A stretch of DNA of 64,000 nt from NCBI GenBank assembly GCA_002104945.1, contig MCFH01000025.1, forward strand, positions 496,001 to 560,000, written 5' to 3'. Under the pieces are notes generated by a model. It was not told where the DNA came from, did not search any database, and saw only the letters and a program-made list of their open reading frames with translations. Below, in pieces: positions 1 to 12,903 of this stretch. The stretch's first letter is position 1. Each line of letters opens with the position of its first letter. Made by a program: the position numbers and the translations under genes. The stretch is from Piromyces finnis finn. Its lineage: Eukaryota > Fungi > Neocallimastigomycota.

Positions 1-54
1 AGTAGTGATGATAATGACGATGATGACGATGATGAATCCGAATGGTCTGATTAA
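1..54 (+). CDS. 3' end of a gene running in from the left edge; acidic C-terminus ending in W-S-D, resembling the Arp2/3-binding acidic tail of SCAR/WAVE/WASP-type proteins
   Basis: Frame 1 reads SSDDNDDDDDDESEWSD* (TAA at 52-54). An acidic run with a penultimate Trp is the hallmark of VCA acidic motifs. Only 17 residues are visible, so the identity is tentative. Confidence 0.45.
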   Translation, partial: SSDDNDDDDDDESEWSD

Positions 55-601
55 ATATAAGCTGCTCTATAATAAATTAGCATATTTTTATTTAATTAAT
101 ATTATTTTATAATAATATATATGATAATCATGTGATATTCACATATATTGTTATTTCTATACATAAATTTATATAATAAATTCCATTTTTAATATATAAC
201 TCCGAAAATTGTTACATTTAAAACTTTTATATTTTTTATCTCAATAATTAAAATAAAATAAATAAAATTTCAAATTTTAAATATTAATAAATTGGAAAAT
301 TAAAATTATTATTTTAATAAAAATTGTTTTTCTTTTCATTTTTTTTTTGTGTTTCTAATTAAATTATATAGATAGAGAATTTTTTTTTTCTGCTTTATAA
401 GAAAAAGGGTGAAATTAAAAAAAATAAAAGAAATTAAAACAAAGTTCAAATAATAGATAACTACATTATAGAAAAATCAATTTTAATATAAATTAAAATA
501 TATAAAAGAAAAAGAGCAAAGAAATATATAAAAGAAAAAAGAAATAAAGTAAATTTTTTTTTTTTTAATTTTTTAAGATTAATTATATTTGAAATAAAAA
601 T

Positions 602-3600
602 ATGTCTGAACAAGATAGATCAAATGAGGCTTTAAATGCACCTTCACCAGAAACAGAAGATATCAATGCACCTATTGAAAATAATGAAGAACAAGAAGGA
701 AATGGTGAACAAGATTTAAATAATAATAATGAGAATGAAAAAGAAGAAAAATCATCTGATGATGATAAATCAAAAGATGAAACAGCTGCAGAAAATGGAG
801 AAGGAAATGAAGAAAAAACAGAAAATAGTGAAGGAAATACAGAAAATACATTAGGAAAAGAAGAAAAAACTGAAGCTTCTCCTGTAGAGCCAAAACCAGT
901 TGAAGAAACTGTTAAAAAGGTTACTTTTTCAATTCCAAAAGATTGTGTATTAACAGAAACAGAAGAATTATTAGTTGCAAAAACATTTTTAATGAAGAAT
1001 TCCAAAAAAACAAATACAAATACCTATGATCATATGAGTCAAATAATAATGTCAATTTTAGATTCTAAAATTGAAAATGCAGTTGGTATGATAATTTAAA
1101 ATTAATATAATATTTGAAAAAAAAAAAAAAAAAAAGAAAATAGAAAAATAGAAAAATATTAAAGATTTAAATTTTATCGAATAAATATAAAATTTAAAAT
1201 GATAATTTTTGATAAAATGTAATGTATTCACTAAAACTATTATTCACAAATATAATTAGACATATTCGAAACATTATCAACACAAGTTAAAAAGAAAAAA
1301 TTTGTTCCAGATTCATTTAATTCATTTGGTGAATTTAGAGTAATTATTATTTAATATACATAAATTTTTAGAATAAACTACATATTTATTTGAAATAATA
1401 AAGGATATGATGACAGAAATAAATTAATTTAAACATTTTATTATTAATGTAATAATTATATAGTATGTAAAAGAAACAAATACAGAACTAGAAGATGCTC
1501 GTGTCAAAATTGAATTATTCCAAGTATATATCAAAATTATCAAAATAGTTTTAATATTAATTTTAACTATAGTTAAAATCATAATAATTAAAAAACTTTT
1601 TTTTTTTTTTTCAAAATAATTATATTATTTAATTTTCATATTATTAATAACAACAATTGAAATATTATTAAAATAAATACAAAAATTTAAAAGAATGAAA
1701 ATGAAGAGGCTCATGCTGATGATGGAAATGAAATTCCAGATTTAATGTCTTTATACAATTTATTCGAATGGGCTGGAGTAAATATAAATTAATATAAATG
1801 ATATAAAATTATATAAATATTTATTTTTTTTTACTAATTTTTAATATAAATATATATAATATTATGGTATTAAATAATTTAAATAATTAATAATAATGAA
1901 AAAAAACAATGCGTAATAGTTGTCATTAGGAAAGGAAGAAACATTTTTAATTAATGCTTCTATGCAAAAATTAATGAATGAAAAAGGATTGAAATCAATG
2001 AGATTTTGGGGTAAAATATATGGAACAATTAAAAATTATTACATTGTTGAAGCTGACCAGAAAGAAGAAGATGATGATGAAGAAGTATATGGTGATGATG
2101 ATATTGTAAATCAAGAGGAAGAAGAAGCTAATTTAGGAGATGAAAACGAAAACGAAAACGAAAATGAAAATAATGACAATAAAAATGAAAATGAAGGAGA
2201 TGAAAATGAAGTACAAGAGAGTCAAATAGAAGAACCAGAATACCCAGTACCAAAAATAAAAATTAAAAAACCAAATCCATTATCTAAAGAAATAAAATCC
2301 GGTATAAATAAATATGTATACTATGTCTGTAATTATGGTAAATAAAAATTTTCCTATTATAATTTTTTTTATGTAATGCTTATTTAAAAAAAAATTAATA
2401 TATAAAAAAATAAATAATGTTTGTATTTGATAATAGTTGGAGGTCCATGGTATAGATTAGCTGATGTTATTCCAGAAAAATTACAATTATCTAGAAAAAT
2501 TAGAAAATATTTCACTGGTGAATTAAATCATGAGGTAAAAAAAAATATTTTAAAAAAAAGAAGAGCATATATAATAATGTAGTTTAAATTCTCATTTAAA
2601 TTTTTTTTATTTATTTAAAATAAAAAAAATAATTATATAATAGATTATTAGTTACCCACCATTCGAAGGTTCTGAAGCTCAGTATCTTCGTTGCCAAATA
2701 GCAAGAATTTCAGCAGCTACGACTATTTGTCCAGCAGGATATTATGTCTTTGATACTGAAGATGGTGAACCAGAAGATACAGATGGTAAATATATATATA
2801 TTACAATACATATATTTATATTTTTATTATTATTTGATATGAAAATGAAAATATGTTTTTTTTTCTATTATTTTCTAAATTTTTAATATGTAAAAATTTA
2901 TAAAATAGGTCCACAACCTATCATTGTCAGTACTGAATATGAAGCTCTTTCAAATGATCAACTTTTAGATTTATCAAATTGGGTACACCATGTTCCATAT
3001 ATTTTACCACAAGGTAGAACTTTATGGGAAAACCCATTTGGTTCAGAGGAAGATGAAGAAAACGATGAAGAAAATAGTGAAGAAGAAGATAATGATGAAG
3101 AAAACGAAGCTGAAAAAGTTGAACCTGAAACTGGTCCACAATTATTAAGTCCTATATCACAAGATGATGGTAATTTTAAATAATATGATATAATGATAAT
3201 CCTAATATTATTATTACATTAAATTAATTTTTATGTTTTAATCAATAATATACAATAATTAATTTCTAAATAAAACACATTATATATTTTTTGTTAATAT
3301 TAACCTATTTTTATTATTAATAATCTTAGAAAACGATGATATACCTTCATGGGTTTCAAAATTCTGTTCAAGAACATTAGCTCCACAATTTAATCCTGTA
3401 TGTATTTCATCGACTCGTTGGCCAGGTGCACATACTGTTGCTTTATCAGATAAATTCTCAAGTATATATATTGGTGATGGTATGAAATGCTATGGTAATA
3501 CTTATTTATCTGCATTCCATATTCCACAACCATTAACAGCTGTTATGAGTGAATACCAAGAAAATGAATTGGATAAGGAAATTACTGAACAAATTGATCC

Positions 3601-3715
3601 AACTGTAGAAGAAGAAAGAGCATTTGAAGAAGAACAAGCCGAAAAATTAAGAGAAAAGGAAGAAGATGAAGAAGGTAGTGAAGAAGAAGAAGAGGAAGGT
3701 AGTGATGAAGATTAG
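602..3715 (+). CDS. RSP4/6: Flagellar radial spoke head protein, RSP4/6 (RSPH4A/RSPH6A) family, about 9 exons
   Basis: GT-AG exons joined by eye give family motifs: [15 protein letters not shown](V)[109 protein letters not shown] and IYIGDGMK. Acidic inserts are present and the stop is TAG at 3713-3715. Confidence 0.9.
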
Positions 3716-4496
3716 AAAACATAGAATTATACTTAATATAAAGCATTAATAAATATACATTTAGAAATTCAATATAAATACAAAAAAGTTTTTTTTCATA
3801 TATAAATATTTAATAAATATACAATTTACACCCAACATTAAAAAAAAACAAAATATCAAATAATATATTTACATAATTAAGTTTAAACTAAAATACATGA
3901 ACAATTATTTATTCATTAATTATTTATTAGTTTTATGTAATAATTTCATACAAGACTTCATTTAATATTAATAATTTAATAATTGTAATACATTTATAAT
4001 AATAATCTACTACAAATAATTTATTTCCTCTTTTTTTTTTTTTTTAGTAAAAAATTTATAAAACTTTAATTAAATAAAATTTAAATTTCATTAAACGATA
4101 TAAATATAATGAAAAAAATTCTCATTGTATTATAATTTTTTTTTTTAAACTTTTTTTTTGAATTTTTTCACATATAGTTATAAAGTATTCGTCAATATCA
4201 ATTCATAACAAATAAAATAAAAAAATACTTAATTATCAAAGTTAGTAAAAAAAAAAAAAAAAAAAAAAGAAAAGCAAGTTTAATAACATTCTTTGTTATT
4301 AATTTTTTTTTAAATATTTCTATTTCTATCTCTCACCTTTTTTATATACTACTTTTGCAAATAGTAACTATAATATATCTTTAATTTATAATATAATTAA
4401 AGAGTAATACATAATACTATATAATACTATATTTATTTACTTTTTTTATCTGATTTATAAAGAAATTAGAAAAACATCTAGTAATATATATATTTA

Positions 4497-4527
<31 letters not shown>

Positions 4528-4551
4528 ACACCATATAAGAGTAATTATAAA

Positions 4552-5529
4552 ATGAATTTTAGTAAATATAAAAATAGAAAGAGTGATAAAAAAGTACTTT
4601 TAGATAAAAGTGAAAATATAAATAATTATATAATGAATAATCATAATTATTCATATTATTATTATCATTTATATAATAAAAATAAGATAAAGAAAGTAAT
4701 TCCGGATTATTTTAATATTAAAAAACAAAATAAGAAATCTAATAATAAAACAAAAATAAAGGCATCAAAAGAAATAAAATATCTTGTTAGGGACAACAAT
4801 AATCCTATGATGGATTGCAAATATTGTAATGACTTATCAATTGATATTAAAAAAAGTGACATTAAAATTAATCTTAATAATGATAATATAGAAAATAATA
4901 ATAAAAATAATTACAAACATAATAAAGAACCTGATCTTTTGGACTTTAATGGTATCTTAAAAAGTAAAAATCCAATTAAACAAGATGATACTTATCAAAG
5001 AAATATTTCAACAATCTTATATTCCTTAATTATAAATAATTTTTTAAATAGAAAGAATTTAAGCGATAGAGAAAAAAATAATAATATCATCGATTATTAT
5101 GTTGATGACAATATCAATAATAAAGATATTAATAGCAATGTAATCGATGATCCTCATTCTATACCCATTGTTAATAAAAGTTCTCCATCCTTAAATAATA
5201 CCTTTTTATTAAATAATATTTATTATCAAAAACTACTTAGCCATCCTAAAAAAACTAATATGTCTATAAAAAATTTTAATTCTAACTTAAACTTTAATAA
5301 TAACAAAAATGGAAATTTCATTAATTTTAATAATTTTAATCAAAATAATGGACAAATTAAATGTAATAATAATATTAGCCCATCTCAAGATAATTATAAT
5401 TTCAATAAAACAAATAACTTGATTAATATTAAAAATGCAGTATCATTAGAAATTGAAGGAGATACTATTAGTATTAGTAGTTACAACAAAGATAATGAAA
5501 AATCCAATATAATAACACAAAGTATATAA
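4552..5529 (+). CDS. Asn/Lys-rich low-complexity ORF (325 aa); either a stand-alone gene or the 5' exon of the downstream GATA gene
   Basis: A 978-nt open frame is unlikely by chance in DNA this AT-rich. No domain is recognisable apart from one CxxC (CKYC). A possible donor GTATAT at 5522 is phase 1 and does not join directly to the phase-0 acceptor at 5924. Confidence 0.55.
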   Translation: MNFSKYKNRKSDKKVLLDKSENINNYIMNNHNYSYYYYHLYNKNKIKKVIPDYFNIKKQNKKSNNKTKIKASKEIKYLVRDNNNPMMDCKYCNDLSIDIKKSDIKINLNNDNIENNNKNNYKHNKEPDLLDFNGILKSKNPIKQDDTYQRNISTILYSLIINNFLNRKNLSDREKNNNIIDYYVDDNINNKDINSNVIDDPHSIPIVNKSSPSLNNTFLLNNIYYQKLLSHPKKTNMSIKNFNSNLNFNNNKNGNFINFNNFNQNNGQIKCNNNISPSQDNYNFNKTNNLINIKNAVSLEIEGDTISISSYNKDNEKSNIITQSI

Positions 5530-5648
5530 ATCTATAAATTTATAGTTTATATAAAAAAAAAAAAATCATTTTTATTAATATTATATTATTAAATAATATT
5601 AAATTATATATATTTCTACTCGCAATGCTATTACTAATAAATTTATAA

Positions 5649-7371
5649 ATGAAGGTATGCTATTTATACTATTTTTTGTATTGTAATTAGTTAGTTATTA
5701 AAACCCTGAATTATTTCAAATTTTAAATATGTATATTTTTTATATTTTATTTATATTTTATTTTAAATTAATAAAAAAAAATACCAAAATCATCATTAAA
5801 TCATACTTGTAAAGATTATAAAAAGGTAGGTTCCTTGTAAATTGTACATCAAAATCTTAAATATTTATACAACTATTCTTTTTACTAATAAATATTTATA
5901 CAATAAATATATTTAAATAAATAGGAATGTCAGGTATTAAAGGATAATACAATAAATATGAATGATACTTGTTCAGTACTTTCTCCAAGTTACTACTGTT
6001 TTAATTATGATATTCCAACAACATCATATATATATAATCAAAATTACTGGTTTTCAGATGATTGTAATGACAATCCAAATAACAATAATAATAATGATAA
6101 TAGCAATAATATCAATAATAGTGTAAATAATGAAAATAGCTATCATAAAATTGAAAATATTAATAATAATATTAATAAGTATTATCGTAAATCCATTTCA
6201 TCGCATCATCATAAAATTGTACCAATAAATAATGAAATCGTTTATAGTCCTAATTCTGTAATTAATTGTAATACTCTTTCACCACCAATGTGTACAAATG
6301 ATTATCAAGACAACCATTCAACTTCCAATTTTAAAAACCATTCTTTCTTTGATAAGGAAGGGAATCAATTTATTGATTCTTTTTTATGCAGCGATCATCA
6401 TCATCATTCAACTAGAAATTTAGCCTGTATTAAAACTGAACCATTAGATAAAAAAAAGGTTAAAAGTTTTATCAAAAATAAAATAGGAGAAAGAATAATA
6501 AAGAAAAATAAAAATAAATTATTAAATGAAAAAGAAACAAAATTTACTTCTGATAAATTTCAAGATATAAAATGTATCATGCTTTCATAATAATATAATA
6601 TTATTTATGTATTATTTAATATTCTAATTTTGATATTAACTAATTATCTTTCTATTTATCTATGTATGCATAATTAAATTATAGCAATACAAAATGAATG
6701 TAGTAAATATCAATATTATATTGATACTGAGAATGATACCGAATTTATTAGTATTAAAGAATGTTCAAATTGTCGAACAAGAATTACTCCAACCTGGAGA
6801 AGAGGAAAAAAAGATGATTTATTATGTAATGGTAAGAACTAGTTTTTTTTTTTTTATAAGACCTTGATATATATTTATAAGATTAGAAAAACTATATTTT
6901 TATATAAAATTTTATTTTGATAAATAAATAAATAAATAAATAAATTAAAACATCTTATCATTTATATTCAATTTTTTCTATAATAATTATTATTATTATT
7001 TTAAATTTATTTTTTTACTAAAAATTATAATACTTATAGCTTGTGGATTATATGAAAAGCAAAATAAAAAATCTCGTCCATTTGAAAAAATAGGAAATGG
7101 TTTAATAAAATTATGTAAAGATAATAATACAATTAAACATATTTGTTCTAATTGTAAAGCAATGAAATCACCTACATGGAGAAAAGGATTAGAAGGTCAA
7201 ATATTATGTATGTGTTATATATATATATTATTTTTTTACATAAATATTTTGTTAAATATAATATCTAAATTAATATATTATCTAATTTTTTATTTAGGCA
7301 ATGCTTGCGGTTTATTTTTAAAACAACATAATATGGATAGACCATGTAAAAAGAAAAATAGAACTTCTTAA
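5649..7371 (+). CDS. GATA-type transcription factor with two tandem C-X2-C-X17-C-X2-C zinc fingers
   Basis: Phase-consistent exons 5925-6573, 6685-6831, 7040-7207 and 7298-7371 give CSNCRTRITPTWRRGKKDDLLCNACGLY and [28 protein letters not shown]. A possible 2-codon first exon is ATG AAG|GTATGC at 5649-5654; the start is uncertain. Confidence 0.85.
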
Positions 7372-7561
7372 TTATAATTGAGAAAATATAAAAATTTTGA
7401 TAATTATAGTAATGTTACTTTATTTTTTTTGCTAAATTGTCAATAATAATAATATTTTTTTTTATATTATTATTAAATGTGTAAATAATAATAATTTATT
7501 TAAATAAACTTTTTTTGTTGTTAAAAGAAGAAAAAAAAAAAAAAAGATTAAAATTTTCAAT

Positions 7562-8457
7562 TTAACGAAGAGGATTTTGTGTTTTGTTTGTTTTTAAATT
7601 TTTTGCTTTGTCTTTAACATAATCATCTAATCTTTTTTGTCTTTGTTCTTCGAGGTTTTTAGTATTTTCCCAGAATTCCTTTGTTAAATGAGTTTGACCA
7701 TGACTTAAAGTATGTAACCTTTAAAAAATATTTTTAAATAAAGTTAATATAATTAATAATACTATTCATTAAAATTTGAATTAGATTAATATTAAAAAAT
7801 ATTATTAATGTTACCTAGCTAAGTTTAATTGGTATAATAAATCGTCTTGTCCTAATATCTTTTTTGTATAATCAGTTTTTCCTTTACTTTGAGCAGCTCT
7901 TTTTTCAACAAATTCTTTTGAAATATTCTTTTTATTAATAATAACAACAATAATAAAATATTAATTTTTATTCTGGTTTTAACAAAAAAAAAAAAAAAAA
8001 AAAAAAATATGATTTATATTTACATTTGCTAATTCTTGATCTATTTCATAATCAGCTATTTTCATAACATCTATAAAGCCTCTTATTTTATTTAAAAGAC
8101 CTTCATCAATATTCTTATCTTGATTAATATTGGTTAAATTGTTCAATGGAATAATACAATCACACTTTTATTTACAATTATAAGTATACAATATTTAGTT
8201 ATTAATTTATTTGTTATTTAATATTATTTTTTAATTTTTAAATACTTACTGGGAATAATTTACTTTTAGCTTCACTTAATACGATTAAATTCAAATCAGC
8301 TGGGAATTCAATTGTATGATAATTAAAATCATAGGTGATTTTTTGATTTTGGAATAAATCACCAAGAATACTAATGTTCATTACACCTTATAAATCCAAA
8401 AAGTATTAAAATAGAAATTTTTGATTTATATTTATTATTACATTATTATATTGCCCC

Positions 8458-8490
<33 letters not shown>

Positions 8491-10749
8491 TTAAAAAAAA
8501 TTATAAAATAATATATATTTATATATAGAACTAAGTACCTGTATTTTCAATTTTTCCTTCTTGCATTGTAGTTTCATCAACTACAAGAACAGTACCATCA
8601 GTAAGTTGTAATTCACCAGAAATTAAACCAATACCTTGTTCTAAAGATTCAATACAATTCATTGATGGTGCTAATCTTTTTGAATTGATTTTTTTATGTT
8701 CAAGAGAAAGATAGTGACTTTTTGGAACAATATTTTGAATGAGTTTATAGATCTCATTAGATTGTTCAGTACTTTTGACATTACAGATATTTAATGAGAA
8801 TTTACCAACAGGTAATGAATCTACTCTTGAATATCTATAATTAAGAAATATTTTAGGTTACTCAAAAATATTAAATATTTATAAATTTTGATTATAATTT
8901 CTTTTTCATATTCAAAATAAGCAAAATTTATTACATTCTTGAGACTAAATTATATAATATATATTCGGCAATAAGATTATCACCATCAAATCTATTTGAT
9001 AAATATTCAACAATTTCATTTCTAGTATCTTTAATGACTTTTTCATCAGCTAATGAAGATTCATTTATTATAAAAAAACATTTTTATGTTATTTATTTGT
9101 TCCATTATTAATTTCAAAATTGAATTTAATTATATTATTCAGCTATTTTTATAAATTAGTGAAATTTACTTAATTGCTTTTTAATTAGGTCTACAGTTGG
9201 ATTTGAGTTATTTTCAATTTTATTCCAATAAAGGGCATGAACATGTGGTATAGGATATGAAGTTAACATATTTTCTTCAAAATTATCAAATGATTGTTGT
9301 CTTTTTTTTTGAAAGATAGGATTGGGAATTAATATTTTATTAATAATTATATATAAAAAATAATGCATAATATTATTATAACATCTTTTATTATATTTCT
9401 TACACTTCTTGTTGTTCATTATATTCTAAAATACCAATGAATTCAAAAACTGTATTTAATTTCAAATCATTTGCATTATCAATATCATAAATCTATTTAC
9501 AACAATTAAAATAAAATCTTTATATTAATTACTAATGTAATAGAATAATATAATATATCATAAAGATTTTACTTTAATAATGGCACCAAAATTATCTTCA
9601 GATTTAATTGGGAATTTTTCATTAATTGCTAAAAATTAACATTTTAAATTTTTTTAAATTATTATTTCAATAATTTGTTCAAGTACAGAAATTAAATTTA
9701 TATATATAAAATGTTTTAATTACTTTTATAATTCTTTTCTTTTTCTTCTTCAGTATTTTGATAATTGTGTTTATTGTAAGCAAAATTTGAGTAAAAAAAA
9801 ATTTATTTTTTTGAATTAAGGAATTATTAACAAAGTTATAATTGTAAAATGAAATTTATAAACTGCAATAATTATAAAATATAATTTTAAAGGATATATT
9901 TTTTTCTTTGGCCCAAGAGTTATGACCAGGTATATTAATACAATATACTAATTGTCTATCCCTAAATGTTTGGACATTTTCAGAATCTAGATACTCATAA
10001 TCACTCTTATTTTAATGGATAATATACATATATTTTAATTGAATTTCCTCAAGAAAAGTAATATAAATATATTTATATATACTAATTCTTACATTATTAA
10101 TCTGATCTTGGTATTTAAAGAATTTTACTTTCTGTATAACTTTAAAGTTAGATAATTTGTTTTTTTATTTTTTTTATTCATTTAATTTATATATATTTAA
10201 TTTATAGAAATTGAAATATATACTTGTTCATTGGTATTTTTATCTTTAACAAGATGAAATAAAGAATAAAGTTCTGAATCAATTCCATTATCTTGAATCA
10301 TACATGGAAAACGTATGAGAGTACCGGATTTTAAAGATTTAAATGAAGATTTATTTAAAATTGGAATCTATTTTTCATTTTTGTTTAATAATATTTGTGA
10401 ATATCAGTTAGGTTTCATTTTTACTATTTCCATTAATTATTAGCCTTTTTATTTCTTATTTTATTTTAATTTAAAAATAAATAAATAAATTTATATTTAT
10501 AACCTTTTCAATATCTTCTTCATTACTGAATTTATTTTTAAAAATATCAGGAATGTTTGGTTCTTGGAAAGAATAAACTTCATTTACTGAAACATTTCCT
10601 ATATGAATATAATTATTTTATGAATATAATATAGAGTTTAAATATTCAATAATCTTTCGAGGATTATTATTGTTTTATTAAAATCTTATCAAATACCTAT
10701 TATTTTTTCAATTTCATTTATTGGATTGTTAATAAAATTCTCAATAGTC

Positions 10750-10751
<2 letters not shown>
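7562..10751 (-). CDS. MCMBP: Mini-chromosome maintenance complex-binding protein (multi-exon)
   Basis: Minus-strand exons give GTLIRFPCMIQDNGIDSELY, FRDRQLVYCINIPGHNSWAK, GLISGELQLTDGTVLVVDETTMQEG, YHTIEFPADLNLIVLSEAKS and LARLHTLSHGQTHLTKEFW, all matching MCM-BP family blocks. ATG at 10751 and TAA at 7562-7564. Confidence 0.87.
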
Positions 10752-10784
<33 letters not shown>

Positions 10785-11177
10785 ATAATTAAACCTTAAA
10801 TGAAATTCAAAGCATTTCCACTTGATATTAAAAAAAAAATTTTTTTTATTATTAAATAATTTATAAAATTAATTACACAAAAAATTTATTATCCATTTTA
10901 TATATAATAATTATAAAATGAAAAGAACTATTAAATAATTAAAGAAAAACAAAAGACCAATTTTAAAACTGAAAATTAACAATAAAAATAGTAATTTATT
11001 TATTTCTTTAATTTGCTTTTATTTATTTATTTTGGAATTATTTGCATTTTGTTAATAATTTAATGATTAATAGTATTATTAAGGATTGTGAATTATAATT
11101 TGCTATTTTTTATTAAAAAAAAAAAAAAGAAAAAAACCTATTTTGATGCCTTTTATTCTAGTGTAATTTTTTAAAAT

Positions 11178-11213
<36 letters not shown>

Positions 11214-11297
11214 TTAATATTTTATAAAATTGGATATGATTAATATTATTATTAAATTTAATGTTTATATGAATCCAGGTATTCATATTTAATTTAT

Positions 11298-12380
11298 TTA
11301 ATCTTTTTCAAGATTAATGGATTTTCCTATTATGAATTGTTTAGATATATGTATAAAATCAAGTTAATATTATTGGAGGACAACATTATTTATTATTTAA
11401 TAAAAGAAAAAAAAAAATAGTATTTACCAAATTTTCCGTATAATATGGCTTTAAGTTTGGCCATTTGTTCATTGGCATCATCAATTTTTGATTGATAATC
11501 ATCTAATTGTTTTTCAAAAGAAGCTAATTTTTCTTCAATTAATTCTTGACATTCTGGAATGGAAAGTTCAACAAAAGCATCACCAATAAGGAATCTTTAC
11601 ATTATCCAAATTAATTAATAATTTATAAATAAAATATATATTTAAAAACATAAATAATAATGATTTAAAAATGGATTATCCTTACTTGACTTTTTCATTT
11701 TCATCTTCAGATAAAAGTTCTAATTGTTCAATTTCTTGTTGAAGATCGTCCATATATTCTTTTTCTTTCTGTTAAGTATATATATTAAATTTATTTTTAT
11801 TAAAAAAAAGAAGAAAAAAGAATAATAAAACTAAGTAATTCATTTTATTTTCTTTATACTCTTGGTATGAATTGATATATATTGATATATTATTTTCGAA
11901 TTTAAAAGTTATTATATACCTTGACCTTTTCGTATTCTGCTTCATAGTTTTCTAATTTGATGTTTAAAGTACTGAAAAGGTTGATATTTTGTTGATCTTC
12001 CCAGTTAACTTCAACATCTACTTCTTCGTTTTCGTTTAACTAATTAAAAGGAGAATTAATATATAAAATTTTTATTTTGATTTATAGAATTTTTATCAAT
12101 AATAAGAAAATATCCATTAGTACTTTTTTATAACTTATTTTATATTTATATGTACGTAAGTTTCACATTCAATTAAATTGAGATTAAATAATCTTATATA
12201 TATATAATTGAGATTGATTAAACATTATCAAGTTTATTGATTATTATTATTATTTTTTTTATAAATATTTTTATCAAATGGTTTATATTTGCTATTATTT
12301 TATCTTCTTTTATTTTGTAATGAATGAATATATGCTAAAAGAAAAAAAAAAAAAGAAATAATAATATTTACTAAACGCAT
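11298..12380 (-). CDS. PFDN4: Prefoldin subunit 4
   Basis: Exons give EVDVEVNWEDQQNINLFSTLN, FLIGDAFVELS and LKAIIYGKFG-KSINLEKD*. The 3-codon first exon (ATGCGTTTA|GTAAAT at 12380) is inferred. Confidence 0.87.
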
Positions 12381-12695
12381 TTCGATTTCTTGTTATTATA
12401 TTAAAAAAGTTATTTTGACAAGGTTAAATATTTTGAAAATTTAATTATTTATTCAATTTTATCATAATTAATATATTATTTTATTAATATTAATCTAAAT
12501 AAATAAATAAATAAATAAAAATTATATATATAAATAAAAATTATTGATAATATTAATATATACAATTATGAAGCTCATGTAAGAATTATAATTTTTTAAA
12601 GTTTTATTTTTTATTTTATTTTCACTCGGTTTATACCAAAACATATCATTTATACAACATATTATATTTAAATTTAAAATACAAGCTTAAATTAT

Positions 12696-12747
<52 letters not shown>

Positions 12748-12903
12748 AAAATTGATATTGTTACATTTCATAAATAATTAATTTTTTTTTTTTTAACAAG
12801 AATGCAATTACTATAACTATTATTATTATAACTTATTAATTACAACATTTATAATTAAATTATTGTTAGATTTTATAATGGATTTTAAAAATTTGGTACG
12901 AAC

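Noticed and set aside
583-1005. Antisense and alternative-frame ORFs over real genes (also 2927-3139, 13263-13556, 19974-20162, 41053-42203, 54092-55431, 59449-60788 and the many inside the GH1)
   Set aside because: Shadow frames of biased coding sequence with no independent motifs.
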